Numbered from the stretch's first letter, positions 54,035 through 63,713 are shown. The stretch is 64,000 nucleotides of DNA from Nannocystis bainbridge (GCF_028368995.1 NZ_JAQNDL010000005.1:416001-480000), one strand, 5' to 3'. Made by a program: numbers and translations. Notes: generated by a model from the sequence alone, not told the origin.

Positions 54035-55242
54035 TCGAGCCGCTGCCCTCCCCCGGCGAATTGCTGCGCGGCCGGCACTCCGGCGCCGCGACCGTCCGCA
54101 GCGACGCGAACGGCGTCGTCCACAAGCTGCTCGACCTGGCCGACCGCGGCAATTACCTCGAGGCCGCCGCGCAAGCCGCCGAGCTGCTGCAGGGCGCCTC
54201 CGACGACGTGCGCCTCGTCGCCGTCTACTTGGCCGGCCTGTTCGTCGAGCGCGGCGTCCCGGCGCTGCCCGAGCTCCTCGAGGTGGTGGAGAAACTGGGC
54301 GACGAGCCCTCGCGTCCCCTCGCCTCCGCCCTCGAGTGGCTGTTCCGCGCCGTCGTCGAGCGCGTCGCCTTTCACACCACGCAACGCGACGCCACCTGGG
54401 AGTCCTGGCTCCGTGAACTCGACCCCGCCCAGGTCGACGCGCTCGCTACCCGCTGCGATGCCCTCGCCGCCCGCTTCGCCACGGGAGCCGCCGCGCTGCA
54501 GAAGCTCGCGCGCTGGGCCCGCGAGAAGCTGATGCCGGCGGTCGCCCGCGCCAGGAAGAGAGCGCCCCCCGAGCCCGCTCCGGCCGCCCTGCAACCCGCC
54601 CTCGATCCCGAGCCCGAGCGAGGCCCTGCCTGGGACGCCGCCGAGCCCGAGCCCGCAGACGACGAATCCGAGGACGACGAGCACGACGACGCGCTCGAGC
54701 ACGACGAGCACGACGACGAGCACGAGCACGACGACGACGATCCGAGACGCGAGCACGACGAGCGAACCGTGGATCTCGACGAACCTCGCTTCGAGCGAAG
54801 GCGCGGCGAGCGGCCCGTGGCGTCGGACGAAGCTCGCTTCGCGCGGCGACGCGGCGAGCGAGCCATGGAGCTCGACGAGCACAGCCGCGAGCATCGACGC
54901 GGCGAGCGAATCACGGAGTTCGACGAGGCCCGGCGTCCCGAGCGAGCCGTCGTGCTCGACTCACCCGCCCTGCTCGAGCTGCGCGACAAGCTGCACGCGT
55001 TCGAGGTCGTCCTGGCCCGCGGCGAGCTCGACAAGGCCGCCGTGATCGCCCACGACGTCCAGTCGATCCTCGGCAACTTCGATCCCGTCTTCTACTTGCC
55101 CGCGCTGTTCGGCCGCTACTCCGAGCTCCTCCACCACGCCTTCCCCGAGCTCGAAGCGCGCTGGAGCGACACCGCCGACCCGCGGTGGCGGATCCTCGTC
55201 CAGTTCTACCGCACCAACCTCGCCGGCTTCGTCGGCGAGTGA
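54031..55242 (+). CDS. T6SS accessory protein, IglI/TssA-N-like, with acidic and repeat insert
   Basis: ATG overlaps the DUF4280 stop; DVRLVAVYLAGLFVERG (ImpA_N-like); C-terminal KLHAFE...KAAVIAHDV...FDPVFYLP. Confidence 0.6.
   Translation: MIEPLPSPGELLRGRHSGAATVRSDANGVVHKLLDLADRGNYLEAAAQAAELLQGASDDVRLVAVYLAGLFVERGVPALPELLEVVEKLGDEPSRPLASALEWLFRAVVERVAFHTTQRDATWESWLRELDPAQVDALATRCDALAARFATGAAALQKLARWAREKLMPAVARARKRAPPEPAPAALQPALDPEPERGPAWDAAEPEPADDESEDDEHDDALEHDEHDDEHEHDDDDPRREHDERTVDLDEPRFERRRGERPVASDEARFARRRGERAMELDEHSREHRRGERITEFDEARRPERAVVLDSPALLELRDKLHAFEVVLARGELDKAAVIAHDVQSILGNFDPVFYLPALFGRYSELLHHAFPELEARWSDTADPRWRILVQFYRTNLAGFVGE
54760..54939 (+). repeat. In-frame degenerate 48-bp (16-aa) tandem repeat, about 4 copies
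   Basis: ERTVDLDEPRFERRRG / ERPVASDEARFARRRG / ERAMELDEHSREHRRG / ERITEFDEARRP, starting at 54760, 54808, 54856 and 54904. Confidence 0.8.
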
Positions 55243-56474
55243 CGCCGGTTCGCATGCCGCCCGCCGCTCCGACCGCGACCGACCGACTCGCCGCCATCGA
55301 GCAGCGCGTGGTCGCCAGGATCCACGACTTCGAGGTCGGGGCGCTGCTCGATCTGCTGGCGTCGATCGGCTACGGCCCCGGCGAGCTCGAGTTCCGCGCC
55401 CACCCCTCGAACGGCCCCCAGCCCGCGCTGCTGCACGCGATCGCCTTCCCCGACCCGCACGCGCGCGCTCTCGGCCGCGCGCGCGTCGTCATCACCGTCA
55501 ACCTCGGCCTGCTCAGCTGTCGCTCGCCGCTGCCGACCTACTTCCGCCGCCTCTTGCAGGACATGGAAACGCGGGATCCCGTACTCGAGCTGATCGGCGT
55601 GCTCGATCGCTCGCTCCTGCACACCCGCCTCACCAGCGATCGACCGGAGCGCATGCTCGCCGGCTGGGACCGGGTCCGCCGCGACCTCGTGCAGGTCTTC
55701 GGCCTCGACTCCCCGATCGGCCTGACCTGGCTGTTTCGCCAGATCTTCCCGGAGCTCGCGCTGCACGTGCGACGGATCTTCGACGAGCACCCGATCCCCT
55801 ACGACGGCGCCGTGCTCGGCACCTCCGAGCTCGGCGAGTGCTCCTTCGGCGAGTACGCCCGCGTCGGCGTGCACGACATGGAGGTCACCCTGTTCTGCGA
55901 GGACGCGCTCTACCGCGAGCGCATCCCGTGGATCCACGAAGGCGACCGACGATTGCGCAGCTCGGTGTTTCCGCTGCTCGACGAGGTCTGCCTGACCCTG
56001 ACCGTCGTGTTCGTCCTGCTGCGCCACGGTGAGGGCGCCCGCCTCGGTCCCCCCGGCCGCGCCGGCCACAATCCCATGTGGCGCCCCGGCACCGCCCCCG
56101 CGCTGCCGCCCAGCCGCGTCGAGGTCTATCGCGGCACCCTCCCTCGCAACGAACCCGACACCGACCACCTCGAGCGCATCCTCGCCGACGAACTCCCCGC
56201 TTCGCTCACCGTCCTCCCCGCGCCGTCCCCCGCGCATGAAACTCTCGGTCATGCCATCGCCCTTTCGCTGGTCCACCGCGCCCCCGGCGAGCGCCCGCAC
56301 ACCTATCACGTGACTGTGCGCTGGGGCTCGCGCGCGTGGGACCTCGACGAACCGCACGCGATCGACCTGCGCTGCGACGACGTGCCCAAGACGCCCCTGT
56401 CCCGCATCGCTCACCCGCGCCTGTGGGCCAAGCTCCGCGACGCGGCCCGCGCCTCGATCCCCCGAGACATCTAG
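55239..56474 (+). CDS. T6SS baseplate TssG (IglJ-like) with C-terminal extension
   Basis: GTG overlaps the upstream stop; ITVNLGLLSCRSPLPTYF, SPIGLTWLFRQIFP, AVLGTSELG. Confidence 0.65.
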   Translation: MTPVRMPPAAPTATDRLAAIEQRVVARIHDFEVGALLDLLASIGYGPGELEFRAHPSNGPQPALLHAIAFPDPHARALGRARVVITVNLGLLSCRSPLPTYFRRLLQDMETRDPVLELIGVLDRSLLHTRLTSDRPERMLAGWDRVRRDLVQVFGLDSPIGLTWLFRQIFPELALHVRRIFDEHPIPYDGAVLGTSELGECSFGEYARVGVHDMEVTLFCEDALYRERIPWIHEGDRRLRSSVFPLLDEVCLTLTVVFVLLRHGEGARLGPPGRAGHNPMWRPGTAPALPPSRVEVYRGTLPRNEPDTDHLERILADELPASLTVLPAPSPAHETLGHAIALSLVHRAPGERPHTYHVTVRWGSRAWDLDEPHAIDLRCDDVPKTPLSRIAHPRLWAKLRDAARASIPRDI

Positions 56475-56475
56475 C

Positions 56476-57879
56476 ATGCGCAACTTTGCGACCTGGCTGC
56501 TGGCCAACGGCCTCTACCATCGGCGACTTCACGCCGCGGACAGGGTCCGCGAGGCGTGGAATCTTTATGTCCATTGGGCCACGGGCGGCGACAAAGCAGC
56601 GATCCAGGCGCTCTCGAAGCTCGCCGAGAGCTTGCTACGCGACTGCACCGACGACAATACAATTTCCACCGTCCACCAGCTCGACCTCGTGTCCTTGAGC
56701 TTCGCCAGCGGCCATCGCGACGTCAAGCCGAAGCACCCCATCGACCAGCTCACCCGAAACAAGGCACGAAAACCCACTCCCGGTACGTTCCAGCTGCAAT
56801 CGTTCAACCCATACGCCTTCAACCGGTGGAGTCCCAAGCGAACTTTCAACCTCGTGTTCGACGTCCGCCATGCGATCGCCGATCCCGATGACATGAAGAA
56901 GGTCATCGAGCTCACCGGAAAGGCCCAGTACGCCTCTCCGACATTGATCCTGCCTCAGAAGGTCGGAGACTGTTTTTCTCTGTGCAACATGATCCTCTCG
57001 CATCGTATGCGGAGCATCGTGTCCCGTGCACCGGTCTTCGGCCAGCTCGCCCTCGCACCATCCAAGCAGGCCCCGATTTACGTGGTCTCGTCCAACCGCT
57101 CGAAGTGGCTCACTGTCAACTTCAAGCCCAAGACCTTTTATGGCAAACTGATCGGCTCACGCCCGATCATCTTCGTCGTCGACGCCGACGAGGGCGAGAG
57201 CTACCTGGACATCCTGAAGGTCTCGGGCCAAGGTGTCGCCCAGAACGTCCACGTCCTGACCTGCGGCGGTGGTTTCGGCATGGGCTGGAACAGGCACTGT
57301 GCGCTGCTCCATGCCAAGCAACTTCGCTTCGAGAAGATCTGGATGTTGGACGACAACGTCGAGCAGATCAAGCAAGGCGGGAAGCCGATCGTCGATCTCG
57401 ATGATCGCTGGATCGGCGACGAGCTCGTCATGCCCCTGTATCCGGGCATCATGCAGCAGGCGCTCGGGTTCAACATCCCGCGCCTCGGGTCGCTCAACTT
57501 CTGCCCGCTCTTCGCCTACTCCAAAGAGGATCTCAGCATGTCTTTCCTGCTCGAGCAACTGCTCGACTGGGCCGCGTACATGAACCCGCCGACGAGCGTG
57601 ATCAAGCTGGACAAGACGCAGATCAAGCCCGACGTCCCGGGAACGCTCCCAAAGAGAATCACCCCGATGGGCATTGTCGCGGCGTTGGGAATGTGGCGAG
57701 ACAAGGACCAGCGGCCCCTCGACCTGAGCGCCAAGAACCTCGGCAGCTACCATATCATGAAGTTCCAGGAGCAAGTGCTCTACGACTGTCTCATATGCCT
57801 GCGCGAGGAGCCCCATGCACTACACGCCATCCTGAACACGTGGTTCGTCGATCTCACGGAGTGGCAGGATTTCCGGTGA
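56476..57879 (+). CDS. Hypothetical protein, candidate T6SS effector with GT-A (TAGT/GREB1-like) glycosyltransferase motifs
   Basis: 1 nt after the tssG-like stop; lower GC; PIYVVSSNR, IIFVVDADEGESY, GMGWNRH, IWMLDDNV, SKEDL. Confidence 0.65.
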   Translation: MRNFATWLLANGLYHRRLHAADRVREAWNLYVHWATGGDKAAIQALSKLAESLLRDCTDDNTISTVHQLDLVSLSFASGHRDVKPKHPIDQLTRNKARKPTPGTFQLQSFNPYAFNRWSPKRTFNLVFDVRHAIADPDDMKKVIELTGKAQYASPTLILPQKVGDCFSLCNMILSHRMRSIVSRAPVFGQLALAPSKQAPIYVVSSNRSKWLTVNFKPKTFYGKLIGSRPIIFVVDADEGESYLDILKVSGQGVAQNVHVLTCGGGFGMGWNRHCALLHAKQLRFEKIWMLDDNVEQIKQGGKPIVDLDDRWIGDELVMPLYPGIMQQALGFNIPRLGSLNFCPLFAYSKEDLSMSFLLEQLLDWAAYMNPPTSVIKLDKTQIKPDVPGTLPKRITPMGIVAALGMWRDKDQRPLDLSAKNLGSYHIMKFQEQVLYDCLICLREEPHALHAILNTWFVDLTEWQDFR

Positions 57880-58113
57880 TCTCCGGGTCAGGGGGCCAGC
57901 ACGTCCTTGCTGCGGCCCACCGACCTCGCGCTGCTGGTGGATCCGGGGCTGCCCTTTGCCCGCGCCGGCGAGGCAGCTCAGGCAGATCCGGACCCGAGCA
58001 GCCCGACGGATATGCGCGAAGCCGGGCGGCGGTACCCGGAATTTTTTTCTTCACCGATTCGTGTGATCGAGGCGGGCCAGCGCGACTCGACCTGCTATTA
58101 AAAGACGCGAACC

Positions 58114-58710
58114 ATGCATTCCAAGAATCTTCTTACCCTATTGACCTCCATCCTCGTGCTCGGCGTCCCTGCCGTCGTGTTGGCCGCCGTGAGCTGGACC
58201 GCGTACGTCTCCGAGGAGAACGGTGGGCCCTGGGCCTACTGCGGGCCCTCCAGCCAGGCCGCGAGCGGTTTTCAGTGCAGCGGCAGCTACTGCGACAACG
58301 TCCGGCTCCGCTGCGAGACGCTGCCCTTCGGCATCACCGTGACGGGGTACAACGTTTCGAACGCGTTCTCCGAGGAGGACGACGGTCTCGGCACCGTGAC
58401 CTCGGAGGGCTGGTACCGTTACGACGGCGACAATTACCACGTGTGTAATTTCTCGGGCGCGGCCGGCATCCTCACCGGCATCCGCTGCCAGGGGAGTTAC
58501 TGCAACAACATCACGCTCGAGTGCGCGACCCCGACCACGTCGCTCGGCCAGCCCGCCACGCTCACCAGCTGTGAATGGACCGACTACTACTCCGAGGAGG
58601 ACGGCGCGCTGTCGTATCCGGAGGGCGCCAACCGCTTCGTCACCGGGGTCCGCTGCCACGGGAGCTATTGCGACGACAAGAGCTTCTACGTGTGCAGCCT
58701 CGGCACATGA
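58114..58710 (+). CDS. Secreted Cys-rich protein with three GxxCxGSYCD/N repeats (beta-prism-like)
   Basis: Signal peptide; repeats SEE...GFQCSGSYCDN, SEE...GIRCQGSYCNN, SEE...GVRCHGSYCDD. Confidence 0.8.
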   Translation: MHSKNLLTLLTSILVLGVPAVVLAAVSWTAYVSEENGGPWAYCGPSSQAASGFQCSGSYCDNVRLRCETLPFGITVTGYNVSNAFSEEDDGLGTVTSEGWYRYDGDNYHVCNFSGAAGILTGIRCQGSYCNNITLECATPTTSLGQPATLTSCEWTDYYSEEDGALSYPEGANRFVTGVRCHGSYCDDKSFYVCSLGT

Positions 58711-59090
58711 GCAGGACCGCCGGGGTCCGCGCCCGCATCGAGGACGCGGACCTCGTTCGGCGAGCGCGACGGCGCGGCGGTGGCCTGCCTCAATGCGTCT
58801 CTTCCTCCGGAACTCCGGCTCTTGCGAGCCACTGGCAGCCGCGCGCTCCGGAGCGCCGCGCGAGGAACGTCGTCGCACAATCGATCTGCGCCCCGAACCG
58901 GGCGATCTCCCGCTCCGAAATGCTCCCGAAGCTGCGAGACACAGCCGGCTCGGGCGGGCGCTGCCCGACGACGTGGCAGCTCACGCGCTGAGCCGACAGC
59001 GCGGCCTCGGGGGGACTCGAAGGCACCTCTGGATCGGTCATACGCAGCCACGGATCCTCGCACGCTCCGGCCGCCGGAGAAAGCGCCCGG

Positions 59091-60689
59091 TCACGGGCCG
59101 ATCAGATACTTCGTCGCCACCCAGCCCGTGTGCCCGGGCACCTCGACCTCCGACCAGTCGAGCCCGTCGGCCGCCTGCGTGCGGCCCGTGACTCGCACCG
59201 TCGTTCCCGGGGCCAGGCGCTGCCGCTCGCTCGCGCGGGACGGCGCCGCCCGGAGGAACACCCCTCCGCCGCGCGTATTGCCGATCGTCGCCGAGGCCTC
59301 GCCTCTGACCACCGCCGGCACCTGCACCGGCGCCGCGGCCACCGGGCTCGCCGCGGGCGCCGCGGTGGCCAGCCACGCCGACGCCCCCGCGATCGCCAGC
59401 ACCGGCACCGCACCGAGAGCCACGCGCCTCCCCAGCCCGGCCCAGCGCGCCCCGGCGGCCGTCTCGGCGACGACCTGGCCCACGCGCGCGCGCCCGAAGC
59501 CCAGCGCCGCCCCCGTCTTCTCGAGCCACGCCCGCTCGGCCGGCGTCACCGCTCCTGCCACCAATCGCCCGCGCACGTGCCGGCGCAGCCATCGCAGCCG
59601 CAGCGCCTCCGGGCTGCTCTCTCCGGCGACCCCGGCGATCCCTCGCTGCCAGCCTTGACCGGCGACGAACAGATCGATCCCCGTCCGCGCCCGCCGCTCG
59701 CACCACGGGCAGCGCGCGAGCCCGGCGGCGAATGTGTGCACATGTCTCTCGGGACACCTCACCATCGCCCTGCACGCCCGCTCCAGCGCCCGCGCCCACT
59801 CGGCCGCGCTCGGCCGCTCGGACGGCCGCGCGTGCCCCGGCCCGAAGCAGCGGACCAGCAGCGCCCGCAATTCCTCCGGCAGCAATTCGAATGGCAGCGC
59901 CCCGCCGGCCGGCCGGATGCCTGCGACCCCCGGCACCCGCGGGCACATGCCGCGGCGGATCCGGCCCGGGATCCGCTCCACGCTGGCCCCGCCACGGCTC
60001 GATACCAGCTCGCCCTCGAACGGATGGGCGCCGCCGAGGAGCAGCTGGTGAATCAATACCGCCAGCGCGAACCCATCCGAGGCCTGGGTGCGATCGACAT
60101 GCGCGGGATCGCGGCCGAGCAGCTCCGGCGCCGTGTACTCCGGCGTGACGACCTGCGAGCGATGCGTCATGCCAACGCGCGGATCGTGGATCTGAAACGA
60201 ATCCGTATCGATCAGCGTGACCCGCCCCGAGGTCGGCCGTATCAAGATATTCTGCGGCTTGAGATCGCCGATGCAGTGCCCGGTGCGATGGACCCCGGCG
60301 ACGATCCTCGCCAGCCGCGCCGCGACGGCGCACAGATCGCGCTGCGTCAGCCAGCCGGCGACTTGCATCCGCTCGTCCGGCACGATCAGCTGGAACAGCT
60401 CGATCGCCCCGCGCTGCGCCGGCATCACGAACCCCGCGAACGCTCCGTCGCGCGTGTGGAGCGTCGTCACCGGCCACGCCAGCGCGCGGCAGACCAGCCA
60501 CGACGGACGGCCGGCCAGCATCGCTTGCACCTTCTGCGCGCGCGCGGCGGCCTTCTCGGGCCGGTAGATCTTCGCGCACAGCTGCGGACGATCGCGGATC
60601 GCAAACACCGACCCCTCCCCGCCGGCACCGAGCTCTTCACCGAGCTCGACCGGCTCGCCGCGCTCGTCGCAATAGACCGGCGAGGTCAT
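59091..60689 (-). CDS. YegI-like Ser/Thr kinase with zinc ribbon, TM segment and C-terminal SH3b domain
   Basis: GAGGEG, AKIY, LAWP, GDLKPQNIL, LIDTDS, TPEYTAPE, HPF, CPWC; VFLRAAPS...WSEV...GWVATKYL. Confidence 0.88.
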   Translation of the reverse strand: MTSPVYCDERGEPVELGEELGAGGEGSVFAIRDRPQLCAKIYRPEKAAARAQKVQAMLAGRPSWLVCRALAWPVTTLHTRDGAFAGFVMPAQRGAIELFQLIVPDERMQVAGWLTQRDLCAVAARLARIVAGVHRTGHCIGDLKPQNILIRPTSGRVTLIDTDSFQIHDPRVGMTHRSQVVTPEYTAPELLGRDPAHVDRTQASDGFALAVLIHQLLLGGAHPFEGELVSSRGGASVERIPGRIRRGMCPRVPGVAGIRPAGGALPFELLPEELRALLVRCFGPGHARPSERPSAAEWARALERACRAMVRCPERHVHTFAAGLARCPWCERRARTGIDLFVAGQGWQRGIAGVAGESSPEALRLRWLRRHVRGRLVAGAVTPAERAWLEKTGAALGFGRARVGQVVAETAAGARWAGLGRRVALGAVPVLAIAGASAWLATAAPAASPVAAAPVQVPAVVRGEASATIGNTRGGGVFLRAAPSRASERQRLAPGTTVRVTGRTQAADGLDWSEVEVPGHTGWVATKYLIGP

Positions 60690-61435
60690 GGCACCGGCCG
60701 CCAGGCCAGCGCCAGCGTCTTGTCATCGCCCGAGCTCTTGCGCATCGCCGCGCCGTCGAGCAATTGCACGACCTCCGCGCTGGCCGCCGCGCCGTCGGTG
60801 ACCTCGGCCGCGAATGCGAACAGCGGCGCGAAGAACGGCGAGTACGGCGAAACCTCCGCGCCGCGCACCAGCGCCGCCTCCTGACAGCCGTCGGTGAGCG
60901 CACAGACCCCCGCGATGCCCTCGTGCACCGCGATTCGCAGGCGGGCCTGCCACGCGTCCGACGTCACGAACCATGTCTCGTTGAAGTATTCGCCGCGATC
61001 GGGCGCGCTGAGCACAACGAGCTCACCGCTATCGGCGCGCCGGCCGACCGCCACCCCGTCGCCGAGATGCGCAATCGCCACCCGCTCATCCGAACACACC
61101 ACTGCCACCAGCGTGCACGCCAGCGCCGCCGGAGCGACCCCGATTTCGGCGGCCTCGCGCAGCAGCGCCGCTCGCCCGGCAGTGCACGCGCCCCGCAGCG
61201 CCTCGACCAGCGCCTCGGGTCCGCTCGCCGTCCCGGTCAATGCTGCGACCACCGCCTCCGCCACCACCCGCGCCCCGACCTCCGCATGCGACGCCGAGCC
61301 CGCGCCGTCGCACAGGCACAGGCACGCCCCGTGCGCCCCGAACGGCCCCTGCGCCCACGCGTCCTGGCCGGGCGAGCCCTCGCGTTCGTGCTCCGGGCCC
61401 CGCACCGACGCGCCGACCACCTGCCACGAGATCAC
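60686..61435 (-). CDS. PP2C-family phosphatase (YegK/PphC-like)
   Basis: GTG 61435 overlaps the vWA stop; ASVRGPEH, QDA, CDGAGSA, HLGDG, GEYFNET, LTDG, DDKT. Confidence 0.9.
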   Translation of the reverse strand: MISWQVVGASVRGPEHEREGSPGQDAWAQGPFGAHGACLCLCDGAGSASHAEVGARVVAEAVVAALTGTASGPEALVEALRGACTAGRAALLREAAEIGVAPAALACTLVAVVCSDERVAIAHLGDGVAVGRRADSGELVVLSAPDRGEYFNETWFVTSDAWQARLRIAVHEGIAGVCALTDGCQEAALVRGAEVSPYSPFFAPLFAFAAEVTDGAAASAEVVQLLDGAAMRKSSGDDKTLALAWRPVP

Positions 61436-62112
61436 GACGGCAGCGCTCCCCACCCGCGCGGCCCGGTCGGATCTTCGAGCGGCACCTCCTCGCCCGGCCG
61501 CGAGCGGCTGCGGGCCTGCAGGCTGCGGCTGAGCCACTGGAACATGGTCTCCCACTGCGCCTCCTTGAGCCGCAGCGGCACCCGATCGGGGCACAGCTCG
61601 CCGAGCCTGGCGAACCCTGCCGTCTGCGTCCCGACCGCCAGCAGCACCAGCTTGCGCTCGCGCTCGGCCTCGCGGACGCGGCGCACCGCCTCCGGCCAGC
61701 GCGACAGGTCGGTCGGCTCGCCGTCGGTCAGCAGGAACAGCAGCGGGCGGTAATAATCGAGCCCGCTGCGCCTGTACGCCTGCTTCTTGGCCTCGAGCAG
61801 ATCGAGCGCCTGCGTCAGCGCCGAGGCCATCGGCGTATCGCCGGACGCGCTCAGCGGCGGCGGCTCGAACAGCGCCGCCTCGCCGAAATCGCCGTGCACC
61901 GTGACCTGCCCGCCGAACGTGACGACCACCAGCTCGACCCGGTTGCGGGCCACCGGGTCGCGGGCCAGCGCGCCACGCAGCCCGTCGAGCCCGGCGGCCA
62001 CGTCGGCCAGGTCATCGGCCATCGAGCTGGAGGTGTCGACGAGCAACACGAGCGGCTGGCGCGGCTCGCGGTTGTTGTCGTTGACGCGGACACGGTCGAC
62101 CAGGGCGCTCAT
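61432..62112 (-). CDS. TerY/YegL-like vWA domain protein
   Basis: ATG 62112; NREPRQPLVLLVDTSSSM (MIDAS), SGDTPM, YYRPLLFLLTDGEPTD, FQWLSRS. Confidence 0.92.
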   Translation of the reverse strand: MSALVDRVRVNDNNREPRQPLVLLVDTSSSMADDLADVAAGLDGLRGALARDPVARNRVELVVVTFGGQVTVHGDFGEAALFEPPPLSASGDTPMASALTQALDLLEAKKQAYRRSGLDYYRPLLFLLTDGEPTDLSRWPEAVRRVREAERERKLVLLAVGTQTAGFARLGELCPDRVPLRLKEAQWETMFQWLSRSLQARSRSRPGEEVPLEDPTGPRGWGALPS

Positions 62113-62585
62113 GGCCAGGAGGGGACCACGGGACGCCGTGGCGAGCAAAAAACTCTCTGTGGGCGTCTGGCGCCGCGGCGAGGGGCCGGAGCAGGCAACC
62201 TCGGCGCCCGCGAACCGTCGGTCACGAACGCGCAAGAATGCGCAATCGCGCCTGACCGGCGCCCGTGAGCCCCGAAGCTGGCCCACTCGAACCAGTCCAG
62301 TCGTGGCTAGCGACGCCATCGCCGTCGTCTTGCTCGTGACTCTCGGCCGCCAGCGGAACCACCCGCCGCGCGAGACCCGGTGATTCTCGGCAGGCGCGGC
62401 GCCTCGTGACGGTCGGCCCTCGATCACCGCGTCGCGCGCGCGGCTCGGCAGCACCAAGGTCTGGCACGTGGTCTTGACCGAGGTCTCGCTCCGCCCGAAG
62501 CGATGAGAGCGCGGCGCCAGCGAACGCATGGTGCGATGGGAAGCGGTGGCACGCGCTGCCGGCGAGCCCCCGCGGCGCGCGACCG

Positions 62586-63713
62586 CTACAGCGACGTCAT
62601 CACGGCGTAGATGTCGGCCAGGCCGTCCTTCCAGATCTGATGGGCGAGGCCGGGGATCCGGCATGTGGCGACCTCGGCCCCGGCGTCGCAGCCCGTGAAG
62701 CCCAGGCAGGGCGCCGGCGCCACTGGCTCCTGGGCCCCGCTGCACCCCTGGCGCGCGGCGAAGCCGGCCAACGTCGCCTCCTCGTCGGCGTGGCGCGTGA
62801 CATCGTCCTCGCCCATGACGCTCATCACCATGACGGCGCCGTCGCACTGGTTCGCCACGTCGTTGTAGGGGTCGCAGACGCCGGGCCCGTAGGAGAAGCA
62901 GCGCCCGCCGAACGGGAACACCGCGCGCACGCGGTCGCTCCGCAAGCAGCCGAGGTGGAACGCCATCTGCCCGCCGTTGCTCATGCCGATCACGAACACG
63001 CGGTTGAGGTCGATGCAATAGTCCCCGGCGAGCTTGTCCAGCACCTGCTCGAACACCACGAGGCTCGCGTCGAGGTTGAATGGCACGAAGTGCTTCTGGT
63101 TCCACTCCGGGGCCGTCCACCCCTGCGGCGCCACGTTGATCGAAAAGCCCGCGTTCTCGGTGCTCAGGGTGTCGAGCTGGAACTGGTTGGTGTTCGCGGT
63201 CCCGTCCACGCCGTGGTAGCTGAAGATCAAAGCGTGCGGCTTGGCGGCGTCGTACGGGGTCGGCACGAACATGTCGTAGAAGCGCTCGACGCCGTCGACC
63301 GTCGTCTTCTGTTCGTCGAGGTGTCCGGTCGGCGCTCCGCCCAGTCCGCAGCCCGGGCTCGGGAGCACTGGCACATCGACCTCCATGTCGCCGGTGCTGG
63401 AGCTGCTGCCGGTGCTGGTGCTGCCGCTCGTCGTCTCGGGGGCCGCGCCCGTCGTCGTGCCGGTCACGGTCCCGCCGGTCGAGCTCGACGTGCTGGCCGT
63501 TCCAGTGGTCCCGTCGCTGCCCGTGATCGGCGCGTCGCTCGTCGGTGCACCCGTCGTCGGGCTCGCGCCGGTGCTCGTGCTCGTGACCGCCGTGGTGGCC
63601 TCGGAGCCGGTCGTCTGCGTGCTGCTGCTGCCGCCGCCCCCGCACGCGGCCGACCCCGTCGCCATGGCCAACAGGACGCCGGAGACGATACTTTGGCGCG
63701 GACTCAGGAGCAT
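62586..63713 (-). CDS. LpqC/PHB-depolymerase-family esterase lipoprotein
   Basis: AAC lipobox, S/T linker, SPGCG, YHG, IDLNRVFVIGMSNGG, HQIW. Confidence 0.85.
   Translation of the reverse strand: MLLSPRQSIVSGVLLAMATGSAACGGGGSSSTQTTGSEATTAVTSTSTGASPTTGAPTSDAPITGSDGTTGTASTSSSTGGTVTGTTTGAAPETTSGSTSTGSSSSTGDMEVDVPVLPSPGCGLGGAPTGHLDEQKTTVDGVERFYDMFVPTPYDAAKPHALIFSYHGVDGTANTNQFQLDTLSTENAGFSINVAPQGWTAPEWNQKHFVPFNLDASLVVFEQVLDKLAGDYCIDLNRVFVIGMSNGGQMAFHLGCLRSDRVRAVFPFGGRCFSYGPGVCDPYNDVANQCDGAVMVMSVMGEDDVTRHADEEATLAGFAARQGCSGAQEPVAPAPCLGFTGCDAGAEVATCRIPGLAHQIWKDGLADIYAVMTSL

Noticed and set aside
62113-63645. N-terminal extension of the 737-aa ORF ending in the vWA domain
   Set aside because: An alternative-frame read of the esterase gene; vWA similarity begins at ATG 62112
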